Below, one piece after another: positions 18,640 to 26,804 of a stretch of DNA of 64,000 nucleotides; positions within the stretch are counted from its first letter, which is position 1; each line of letters starts with the position of its first letter. The notes beneath the pieces were generated by a model. That model ran no database searches. It worked only from the letters and a program-made list of their open reading frames with translations, and was not told the origin of the DNA. A program made the position numbers and the translations under genes. The stretch spans positions 25,730 to 89,729 of the forward strand of contig CAIKRR010000030.1 in NCBI GenBank assembly GCA_903829815.1, in the 5' to 3' direction. Source of the DNA: an uncultured Pseudomonadota bacterium. GTDB lineage: Bacteria > Pseudomonadota > Gammaproteobacteria > Burkholderiales > SG8-39.

Positions 18640-19415
18640 TCAAGGCACATGATCAAGCTCGAGCGGCAGGATCCGCCTTGGGTCGTGCCAGTACGCCGTC
18701 CTCGAACGACGTGCTGCTCGAAGTGAAAGGCCTCGAAACGGCCTACGGGGCAAGCCAGGTGCTCTTTGGTATCGATCTCACCATCGGCGTGGGTGAAGTT
18801 GCCACCCTGCTCGGACGCAATGGCATGGGCAAGACCACCACGGTTCGCTCGATCATGGGGCTCGTGCGCGCGCGCGGTGGGTCTATCCACTTTCGCAACG
18901 CATCGATCGGCGGGTTTGCCGCCGATCGTATCGGCCGGCTCGGTGTGGCCTTGGTGCCCGAGGGCCGCCAGATATTTCCCAATCTGAGCGTGCGCGAGAA
19001 TCTGGTTGCCTTTGCCTCCAACCGCAATGGCACCACGAGTCCATGGACGCTTGATCGGGTTTACGCCTTCTTTCCACGGCTGGCCGAGCGTGCGAACAAT
19101 ATGGGCAACCAGCTCTCCGGCGGCGAGCAGCAGATGCTGGCGATCGGCCGCGCGTTGATGACCAACCCGCACCTGCTGATTCTGGACGAAGCCACCGAAG
19201 GCCTGGCACCCCTCGTGCGCGAGGAGATCTGGCGCTGTCTGGCAGCACTCAAAGGCTCCGGGCAGACCATCCTTGTCATCGACAAGTACGTCGAACGGCT
19301 GATTCGCATTGCCGATCATCACACCATCATCGAGCGCGGTCGTGTTGCATGGCACGGGTCCTCAGCCGCCCTGGATGCCGACCACGGCCTCTGGCAGCGC
19401 TATCTGGGGGTCTGA
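18636..19415 (+). CDS. ABC transporter ATP-binding protein (LivF family)
   Basis: ATGA overlap with LivG. It has Walker A GRNGMGKTT, signature LSGGEQQMLAI and Walker B LLILDEA. The roughly 25-aa N-terminal extension suggests the true start may be an internal GTG. Confidence 0.8.
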   Translation: MIKAHDQARAAGSALGRASTPSSNDVLLEVKGLETAYGASQVLFGIDLTIGVGEVATLLGRNGMGKTTTVRSIMGLVRARGGSIHFRNASIGGFAADRIGRLGVALVPEGRQIFPNLSVRENLVAFASNRNGTTSPWTLDRVYAFFPRLAERANNMGNQLSGGEQQMLAIGRALMTNPHLLILDEATEGLAPLVREEIWRCLAALKGSGQTILVIDKYVERLIRIADHHTIIERGRVAWHGSSAALDADHGLWQRYLGV

Positions 19416-20197
19416 GCAGCCCGTAGCCAGGGCTGCACCCAGGCAAGCCCCTGTCGGGTCGCCGCGCGCGGCTGGTACTCGCACCCGATCCAGCCCTCGT
19501 AGCCGAGCTGATCGAGCCGCTCGAAGAGCCAGGGGTAATTCACCTCACCCACATCGGGCTCGTGCCGATCGGGCACGCCCGCCACCTGCATGTGACCGAT
19601 GAAGGGCAGTTGCGCCTCGATCCGTCGGGCAAGGTCGCCCTCGACGATCTGACAGTGGAAGAGGTCCATCTGCACACGCAGATTGGGCTCGCCCACCTCG
19701 GTGACGATGGCACGCGCGGCCGCCTGCGTATTGAGAAAGTACCCGGGTATCGATCGCGGATTGATCGGCTCGATCATGACACTCACCCCGCACGTCGCGG
19801 CGCGCGCTGCCGCGTGGCGCAGGTTGCCAACGTAGGTTTCGTGCAGACACGCCTGATCGACACCCGCCGGTGCCAACCCGGCCAGCAGGTGAATGCGCGG
19901 GCAGCGCAGGCGCGTTGCCAGTTCGAGCGCCTGCTCGAAACGCTCGCGGCACTCGGCCTCGCGACCGGGCAGGATGGCGATGCCACGCTCGCCCGCCTCC
20001 CAGTCACCGGGGGGGCAGTTGAAGAGCACCTGCTGCAGACCATGCCGGGCCAGTTGCCCGGCCACTGCCTCCATGTCGTAGGCGGCGGGAAAGAGCCACT
20101 CGACCCCCGTGAACCCATCTTCGGCCGCCAGCGCGAAGCGCTCGAGAAAGGGCACTTCCTTGTAGAGGAAAGACAAGTTCGCCGCGAATCGAGGCAT
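19400..20197 (-). CDS. Hydroxypyruvate isomerase family (TIM-barrel xylose-isomerase-like) protein
   Basis: The start ATG 20195-20197 gives MPRFAANLSFLY..., the typical Hyi N-terminus. The 3' end overlaps the livF-like 3' end by 16 nt (convergent). Confidence 0.75.
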   Translation of the reverse strand: MPRFAANLSFLYKEVPFLERFALAAEDGFTGVEWLFPAAYDMEAVAGQLARHGLQQVLFNCPPGDWEAGERGIAILPGREAECRERFEQALELATRLRCPRIHLLAGLAPAGVDQACLHETYVGNLRHAAARAATCGVSVMIEPINPRSIPGYFLNTQAAARAIVTEVGEPNLRVQMDLFHCQIVEGDLARRIEAQLPFIGHMQVAGVPDRHEPDVGEVNYPWLFERLDQLGYEGWIGCEYQPRAATRQGLAWVQPWLRAAQTPR

Positions 20198-20277
20198 GGC
20201 ATGTTCCTGATGGGATCGAGCCAAGGATGCTCTGGTATTCTCGCGCCCCGAGTCAAGCACCCTTCAGGGAGAGCGGC

Positions 20278-21021
20278 ATGTCCGATACCGAATCGCAGCC
20301 ATCCGACGCGACGCTCGCCCATGCGACAGCGAGCATGGCGATCGGTATCCACGCGCCACTGCGCGTTCGCGCCGGTTTTGACGTGCCGTTCGAACCCTTT
20401 GCCTTCGTGCGCGACGGAGTGCCCGAGGGCATGATGATCGAGCTGGTGCGCGCACTCATCGAGCGCACCGGGCGCACCTGCGAGATGGTGCCGATGCACC
20501 TCCCCGATTGCGAACCCGCGCTCGAGGCAGGCCGGGTCGATGCCCTCGCCTTCAAGGGCGTGACGACCGAGCGCCTGGCGCGCATGGACTTCTCCGACCC
20601 GCTGATCGTGTCTGGTGGGGCCACCTTCACCCGGCCCGGGCTCAGGCCCTCGACGCGTCTGGCCGACTTTCATGGGGCGCGGGCCATCACGACACGCGAC
20701 GGGCCGTTCTGGCGTCTGCTCGAACGCGAGCATCCGGCCATCGCGCTCAGCCACGGCGAGACCTACGAAGCCTGCCTCGATGCTGTCGTGGCCGGTGAGG
20801 CCGATCTTGCGGTGCTGAACCTGCAGGCGGGCGCCTGGATCGCACGCCAGGCCCACCCGGGACGTTTCGAGTTGCCTACCGCGCCATGCTCACCGCTCAC
20901 CGTGGCTTTCTGCACGGTGAAAGGCCGCCACCCGGCCCTGCTGCACGACATCAACCGGGCACTGGCTGCCGCGCGTGCCGATGGCACCTGGCAGGCCATC
21001 CACGACCGCTGGCTCGCTTAG
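20278..21021 (+). CDS. SBP_bac_3-type (amino-acid ABC family 3) ligand-binding domain protein without a recognisable signal peptide
   Basis: It has the pattern FEPFAF..DG.PEGMMIELVRAL and a C-terminal ...DGTWQAIHDRWL typical of family-3 binding proteins. The N-terminus MSDTESQPSDATLAH... is hydrophilic. The start could also be 20227. Confidence 0.6.
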   Translation: MSDTESQPSDATLAHATASMAIGIHAPLRVRAGFDVPFEPFAFVRDGVPEGMMIELVRALIERTGRTCEMVPMHLPDCEPALEAGRVDALAFKGVTTERLARMDFSDPLIVSGGATFTRPGLRPSTRLADFHGARAITTRDGPFWRLLEREHPAIALSHGETYEACLDAVVAGEADLAVLNLQAGAWIARQAHPGRFELPTAPCSPLTVAFCTVKGRHPALLHDINRALAAARADGTWQAIHDRWLA

Positions 21022-21051
21022 GCTGGTTCACGCTCGCCCAGGGCAGGCCCG

Positions 21052-22218
21052 CTACGCGCCCGCGTCGGGCCTGCGCGCAGGGCTTGTCTGCCCCGGCAAA
21101 GCTGCCTCCAGGGTGGCAAGGAGGGCGCTACGGCGAATGCCCGTGGTAATGATGACCAGCCGATTGTCGGCATCCGGACTGCCCGGGGACGCTGCCTCAG
21201 CTTCGGGGGGTACCGGAACCGGGAGAGGCTGTGGCGACGAACAGACGCCTGCGGCCACTTGAAAGACGATGGGACCAGAATCGCAGACGATGATCCCTTT
21301 GACTCGCAGGATGTCGTCGCCGTGCACCGCCACGAGCGCTTCGAGAGCCTGCATGACACGCTCAGCTGCCACGCCCTCGGCGATCTGCACGATGAAGGTA
21401 TCGATGGCCGCGTGGGCCAGCGCACGCCCGGTCGTCACCGGCCCGATCGGCCGCCCGATGCGGGGCGCGTCATCAGCGCCATCGATCGCAGGTTCGAGGG
21501 GCGGAACCATGCCGCCTTCTCTTGTCCGGATCGGCATCCCACTCGCGGATCGTTCGACGGATGACTCTGAAAAATCAACTTCTTCTGAAAAAAAACAGCT
21601 ATCGGCCGGCATCTTCCAGAAATGAACCCCTATTGAAGCCGTGGCATTCAACGACCGCAAGCGCTCTCGCAGCGCTTCAACGACCCCAGGTGCCGCAAGA
21701 TCGGTGCGGGTTATCAGCAGGCGATCGGCAAACACGGCCTGAGCGCGACACTCGGGATGCCGCTCGAGTTGCCGCATGCCCGCCTGCGCATCGATCGTGC
21801 AGAGTACGGCCGCAAGGCGGTAGCGCTCGGCAACGATGCCCTCACCGTCGATCGTTTCAATCAGCGGCAAGGGATGCGCAAGACCCGTGGTTTCGATCAC
21901 GACCCGCTCGAAACGGGGAATGCGGCGCTCGAGCCGTGCCCAATACAGATCCTCCAGGGCAGCCGCAAGATCACCACGCACGTTGCAGCATACGCACCCC
22001 CCCGCGATCACCATGGGTGCGGTGGTGGCAAGACCACCCACCAGACGTTGATCGACCCCGACCGCGCCGACCTCGTTGATGAGAAGCGCCGTATTGACGA
22101 GCACGGGCGGTGTGGGCTGATCGAACGGCAACCCATCCGGGCTGGTGGCGGATTGCCCGAGCGCACCGGCCAGCAGGGTGGTCTTGCCACTCCCCAGGAA
22201 CCCGGTGAGGATCATCAC
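21052..22218 (-). CDS. COG0523 (CobW/HypB/UreG-related G3E) GTPase metallochaperone family protein
   Basis: It has Walker A GFLGSGKTTLL, the CxCC metal motif GGCVCCNV, ETTGLAHP and a CobW_C-like C-terminus (ILRVKGII...). The annotated start is a GTG directly before the P-loop. The upstream in-frame sequence (..TRIPV) looks coding but has no start codon. Confidence 0.75.
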   Translation of the reverse strand: MMILTGFLGSGKTTLLAGALGQSATSPDGLPFDQPTPPVLVNTALLINEVGAVGVDQRLVGGLATTAPMVIAGGCVCCNVRGDLAAALEDLYWARLERRIPRFERVVIETTGLAHPLPLIETIDGEGIVAERYRLAAVLCTIDAQAGMRQLERHPECRAQAVFADRLLITRTDLAAPGVVEALRERLRSLNATASIGVHFWKMPADSCFFSEEVDFSESSVERSASGMPIRTREGGMVPPLEPAIDGADDAPRIGRPIGPVTTGRALAHAAIDTFIVQIAEGVAAERVMQALEALVAVHGDDILRVKGIIVCDSGPIVFQVAAGVCSSPQPLPVPVPPEAEAASPGSPDADNRLVIITTGIRRSALLATLEAALPGQTSPARRPDAGA

Positions 22219-22404
22219 CGGGATGCGCGTGTGGGGTGGCCGGGATGCTTTCGTGCTCAGACTGGCTCGCGAATGAGACGTGCAGCCGGCATGCTCACGT
22301 GCGCGCCCAGGACGTAGTGCACGACCGGTGCGTAAAGCAGGTTGCCGGCGACGACTCGGCGGGAGAGTCCGGGCGGAAAGACGTTCTGACGCATGATGGG
22401 TCTC

Positions 22405-23532
22405 TCAGCCTCGCCAGGGGTCGATGCAGCAGTGAATCGCATCAGGATCGCCCTCGCCCCCCACGGTGCGCAGCGCCCGGTCGACCTCGCTCAGACCGTA
22501 GGTATGGGTGCACAGTTCGTGCAGCGGATGACGCCCGCTCGCGATGAGCCCCAGCGCGAGTTCCACCGACTGGTAGCTGTGCCCGCGCATGCCCTTCACG
22601 GTGAGAAACTTGCGGATGATGAGGTCACTCTCGAACGATGGCACCGGACGCCGCTTCTGCCCGCCGAGGACCACACGACCGCTCTTGCGGGCAACGCGAA
22701 TGGCCGAGACCACGGTCTCGGGGCCACCCGAGGCGCAATCGATGACAAGGTCCACCATCAGGCCGCCGGTGATGTCGGCCACCGTCTCGAGCAGATCCTG
22801 CGATTCGATATCGATGGTGTGATGGGCACCCAGACGCCGCGCCATCGCAAAGCGGGCCTGATCGCGCGCGAGGCCCGAGACGATGATGCAGCTTGCACCG
22901 GCTTCGCGGGCGGCGACCACGCAGGCGAGGCCCTGCTGGCCGGGCCCCTGGATGAGGACCGCATCGCCAATCGAGGCACCGCCCTGCAGATAGGCCCACT
23001 CGATGCCATTGCCAAGGGGCAGCGCAAGCGCCGCCTGCTCGGCCGGCACCGCTGCCGGCACCCGATGGAAGACCGCATTGGGCGGCAAGTACTGGTACTG
23101 ACTGAACCCGCCCCAGAGGCCGGGCGACTTGGCAATACCGGTGGAACCGAACCGGATGCTGTCCGGGTTCGACAGGAGCGTGTCGGTGGCCTCGCACAGA
23201 CGAAAGTCGCTGCTGCGGCAGTACGCGCAGTGGCCACAGGGCAGGTATTCCTCGAGCGCCACTCGGTCACCTTCGGCAAGACCCCAGCGCGTTCGGGCAG
23301 CGCGGCCCAGTCGGTCGATGAAGCCCACCGATTCATGACCGAGAATCATCGGCCCCTTCACCGCAGGGTAGGTGGTGTAGTAGGGCCAGTCGCTGCCGCA
23401 CACACCCGTGAGTTCGATCTTGAGCAGGCCGGCATCGTCAGCGAGCACTGGCATGTCGAACTCGCGTACCTCGGTCATGCGGTTGGCCACCGCGACGGCC
23501 GCGCGAATTTTCGTGAGTGCCTGTTCGCTCAT
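22405..23532 (-). CDS. Zinc-binding medium-chain alcohol dehydrogenase family oxidoreductase
   Basis: 375 aa with GVCGSDWPYY, GHESVG, the structural-Zn cysteine cluster CGHCAYCRSSDFRLC and the Rossmann motif LIQGPGQQGLA. Confidence 0.85.
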   Translation of the reverse strand: MSEQALTKIRAAVAVANRMTEVREFDMPVLADDAGLLKIELTGVCGSDWPYYTTYPAVKGPMILGHESVGFIDRLGRAARTRWGLAEGDRVALEEYLPCGHCAYCRSSDFRLCEATDTLLSNPDSIRFGSTGIAKSPGLWGGFSQYQYLPPNAVFHRVPAAVPAEQAALALPLGNGIEWAYLQGGASIGDAVLIQGPGQQGLACVVAAREAGASCIIVSGLARDQARFAMARRLGAHHTIDIESQDLLETVADITGGLMVDLVIDCASGGPETVVSAIRVARKSGRVVLGGQKRRPVPSFESDLIIRKFLTVKGMRGHSYQSVELALGLIASGRHPLHELCTHTYGLSEVDRALRTVGGEGDPDAIHCCIDPWRG

Positions 23533-23534
23533 CC

Positions 23535-24812
23535 TCAGATGCTCAGATGGGGTGTGCCGGGTGCGGCGCCGGCACGACGCACCTCGTCGGCCACATCGGA
23601 AAAGGGCATGCCGCTTGGGCGCAGGAACGAGGCCGAGCGCAGGTGATGCGTCATCGGATCGAGCGCGGGCGGTGCCTCCCCCTTCTCGAGATTGCGCGCC
23701 GCCCGCAAAAGCCGATTGCGCGCCATGATGATGCCGGTATCGGTCGAAGCGAGCGTCTCGCGGGATCGATCATGAATCGGACCACAGCTTTCCTGGAGCG
23801 AGGCATCCTGCATGGCGATACCGGGTATTCCGCTGTAATGACGGCCCGAGCGCTGCGCTGCACGATCCATGAGGTAATCATTGCCCCGGTTGGCGACCGG
23901 CCGCCAGGTGCCTGGAATCAGTTCGGCGTAGATACCCTCGCCACTTTGCATTGCCGCGTGCTCGTCAGCGGACAGGTCGCGCGTTGGATGATGGGTGAAG
24001 GTCCACACGAAGCAGTGGTGATCGTCGATCGGCACGAAGGCATGACCATGCAGGGCATGATCGCCGTAGGGCGGAATCATGTTGTAGAAGGGCATGACGA
24101 ACTGCGTGATGCGCCAGTAGTCTTCGCCCGCCTCAGCCGCACGCCGCGCACCGATGGTGAGCCCGGTGGGTGAATCCATCACTTCCATGCGCGGTTTGGT
24201 GTCGTTCTGATACCGCGCGCCCCGCGAGCCGACGCGCATCGGCTCATTGGCGAGCGCACCGCGATGCAGCCACGACACATGAGCGCCATCGATGGCACCT
24301 TCGAGCGCCTGCATCCAGTTGCTCTGCTGCAGACGCTTGCTCACATAGCGCTGGCCCGGCGGCACCATCGCCCATTCATATTCGGGCAGGGGCGGTTGCA
24401 GATCGGCAGGGCCCATATAGGTCCACACCACGCCACCACGCTCGACGCACGGATAGGCGAGCAGTCGCACCCGCGCGCAAAAAGCCGGGCTCTCCGAGGG
24501 AACCTCGAGGGCACGACCATCCACCCCATACTTCCAGCCGTGATAGGGGCACCGCAAGCCGCCCTCTTCGTTGCGCCCGAACCAGAGCGACACGCGCCGG
24601 TGAGCACAGAATTCATCGATGAGCCCCAGGTGCCCCTCGGTGTCTCGAAAGCAGATCAGCGACTCACCAAGCAGGGTCACCCGCACCGGGTCACCATCGG
24701 GTGCAGCCACCTCGTCAGAGAGCAGAAAAGGCAGCCAGTAGCGGCGCAACAAGGCCCCCATGGATGTGCTCGGCCCGGTCAGGGTCAGCGTCTGATTCTG
24801 TTCTGGGGTCAT
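23535..24812 (-). CDS. Rieske [2Fe-2S] non-heme-iron oxygenase, phthalate/VanA-type alpha subunit (homomeric class)
   Basis: It has the Rieske motif CAHRRVSLWFG...RCPYHGWKY and a mononuclear-iron region ...NWMQALEGAIDGAHVSWLH. The start is ambiguous (ATG 24812, 24824 or 24860). The stop lies 2 nt before the ADH start. Confidence 0.8.
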   Translation of the reverse strand: MTPEQNQTLTLTGPSTSMGALLRRYWLPFLLSDEVAAPDGDPVRVTLLGESLICFRDTEGHLGLIDEFCAHRRVSLWFGRNEEGGLRCPYHGWKYGVDGRALEVPSESPAFCARVRLLAYPCVERGGVVWTYMGPADLQPPLPEYEWAMVPPGQRYVSKRLQQSNWMQALEGAIDGAHVSWLHRGALANEPMRVGSRGARYQNDTKPRMEVMDSPTGLTIGARRAAEAGEDYWRITQFVMPFYNMIPPYGDHALHGHAFVPIDDHHCFVWTFTHHPTRDLSADEHAAMQSGEGIYAELIPGTWRPVANRGNDYLMDRAAQRSGRHYSGIPGIAMQDASLQESCGPIHDRSRETLASTDTGIIMARNRLLRAARNLEKGEAPPALDPMTHHLRSASFLRPSGMPFSDVADEVRRAGAAPGTPHLSI

Positions 24813-24878
24813 TCTCGTCGGCATCCTCGAACCATGGGCAATCGCCATCCGGACAGGCAACCGTCCTCGCTCCCGATT

Positions 24879-26552
24879 CTACGCCGCAGGCGCAGGCGGC
24901 GTGCCATGGGCCGTCGGTCCGCCCAGGGGCTCGCCAAACACCGACACCCCGAGCACGACGTCGCCATGACGCAGCGGGTCGAAATGCAGGCTGAGCACCG
25001 CGTCGGTGAGCGGACTGCGATAGTCGACCGCGAACGAGCCATGAATGAGTGCCCGGCGATACATCGCACGATAATCGGCCACCTCGCCACGCGGCATGAT
25101 CTGCTCAGGCTTCATGCCCAGATCCGGTGCCACGCCGCAGACCAGCCTCACATGCTGCGCAAACCCCTCGTTCCACGTGAGCAGACCAAGATCATCCGCA
25201 TCCACCGACCAATAAAACCCGTAAGAACTTGCCATCAGGGTCTTGAGCAAGGCACGTGAGACAGCCAGCGCGCGCCGATTGTGCTTCAACTCGGTGATGT
25301 CGCGCATGATCTCTGCCGTGCCCTCCACACGACCATCGACGCCCCGCACGGCAAACAGAGACGATGCCACCCTGAGTTCCCGTCCGTCACGCGTTCGTCG
25401 GCGAGTTTCATGGCCGGTCACCGGCGCCCCCTGCGCCACCTGCTGCAACAAGCGCGCTTCGTTGCCCCGGATGTCCTGAGGCACGATGGCTCGCGCCTGC
25501 TGGCCCAGGCACTCCTGTGCCTCGAAACCAAATAACCGTTCGGCAGCCGGATTCCAGAGGGTGACCCGACCCTCGATATCACGAGCGATGATGGCGTCGC
25601 TCGCCCCATTGACGATGGCAGCGAATTGCGCCTGGCCGGCACGCAATCGGGCTCGGGTTGCCCGCAGGCGATTCATCATGAGCAGGATGACCCCCAGCCC
25701 GACACTCAGCACGGCTGTGACGGTGATGATGCCCGCGGCCTTCTCAGGGTGCTCGGCCAGCACGCCACTCACCGAACGTCCGACCACAACAACCAGCCCC
25801 TCGGCTTCAAGACTGTGGAATCCGTAGATGCGCTCGACACCGTCAGTCTGCGATCTGCGCCTGTAATAACCGCTCGAAACCGCGTTCGGACCCTGGAACG
25901 GCGTGCCACTGAGTTGACGCCCGTAGGCCATGTCACCGCCTGAGCGCGCCAGGATGACCCCGCGCGTATTGGTGACCGCGATCACGTCGTCGCCCACCAT
26001 GGCCAGTCGCTTGCCATAAGCCGCGAAGGTGTCCGGGCTGACCGATATGACGATCACGGCGGCGACACCCCGACTGTCGAAGATCGGACGCGAGAACTGG
26101 ATCGACCACTTGCCCGATACCTTGCCTTTCACGGGCTCGCTGATGAAGAGGCGATCGCCTGACGCGAAATGGGCACGAAAGTGTTCGCGATCACCCAGCC
26201 AGACTCGTTCGTCCCTCGCGGCCAGATTGCTGGTGACCAGGTATCCGTCGGCACCAATCACGCCGATCTGGAAAGCCAGATCGAGCAGATCGGCCTGACG
26301 GCGTTTCGAGATCGCATCGAAATTGCGTGGCTCCAATGCCCACACCGTGCGCATCTCGAGCAGCACCGCATCAAGGCGCTTGATGATCGACAGCGCATTC
26401 TCGGCCGATGCCTGGGCCTGATAAACCGCGGCTATTTCAGCATCATGAATGCGGGCGTCGCGGTCTTGACGAACCAGCAGCCACGCGCACACCCAGAGCA
26501 GGGCAAGCCCGCCGAGAAAGACCAGCGCGTATGCAAGGTTGCGCTTGAACAT
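24879..26552 (-). CDS. Membrane sensor protein: TM - periplasmic Cache-like domain - TM - PAS - second PAS-like domain; no kinase, GGDEF/EAL, MCP or HTH output recognisable
   Basis: 557 aa. The TM helices are AYALVFLGGLALLWVCAWLLV and IITVTAVLSVGLGVILLMM. PAS block: FAAIVNGASDAIIARDIEGRVTLWNPAAERLFGF. The protein ends ...GTPPAPAA directly upstream of the Rieske gene. Confidence 0.65.
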   Translation of the reverse strand: MFKRNLAYALVFLGGLALLWVCAWLLVRQDRDARIHDAEIAAVYQAQASAENALSIIKRLDAVLLEMRTVWALEPRNFDAISKRRQADLLDLAFQIGVIGADGYLVTSNLAARDERVWLGDREHFRAHFASGDRLFISEPVKGKVSGKWSIQFSRPIFDSRGVAAVIVISVSPDTFAAYGKRLAMVGDDVIAVTNTRGVILARSGGDMAYGRQLSGTPFQGPNAVSSGYYRRRSQTDGVERIYGFHSLEAEGLVVVVGRSVSGVLAEHPEKAAGIITVTAVLSVGLGVILLMMNRLRATRARLRAGQAQFAAIVNGASDAIIARDIEGRVTLWNPAAERLFGFEAQECLGQQARAIVPQDIRGNEARLLQQVAQGAPVTGHETRRRTRDGRELRVASSLFAVRGVDGRVEGTAEIMRDITELKHNRRALAVSRALLKTLMASSYGFYWSVDADDLGLLTWNEGFAQHVRLVCGVAPDLGMKPEQIMPRGEVADYRAMYRRALIHGSFAVDYRSPLTDAVLSLHFDPLRHGDVVLGVSVFGEPLGGPTAHGTPPAPAA

Positions 26553-26804
26553 GATCCGATCATGGAGCCGAACATTTCATCATGTCAAGGCACATTGCCT
26601 CATGGTGAGACGGGTTGATTCGCCACGCGATCGACAGGCGCTCGCGGTCAGGACGCTGCCTCTGATGGCCTGTGAATGGGGCGAGTTCTTCGTGCTTCGG
26701 TGCAGAACTTCCTCAGTGGTACGCTCAGCCGGTGGGCCATCTGTTCCCGGTCCTCGCCAATCCAGTAATCTGCGAAACGCGCGCGGCACGTTCGTCTGGG
26801 CGCG

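Noticed and set aside
22219-22407. Possible stop-codon read-through or fusion of the Zn-ADH with the COG0523 GTPase. Both are in the same frame, separated by a single TGA and 62 stop-free codons.
   Set aside because: Stop-free runs of this length are common in high-GC DNA. The intervening translation is Arg/Pro/Ser-rich with no domain character, and nothing supports recoding.
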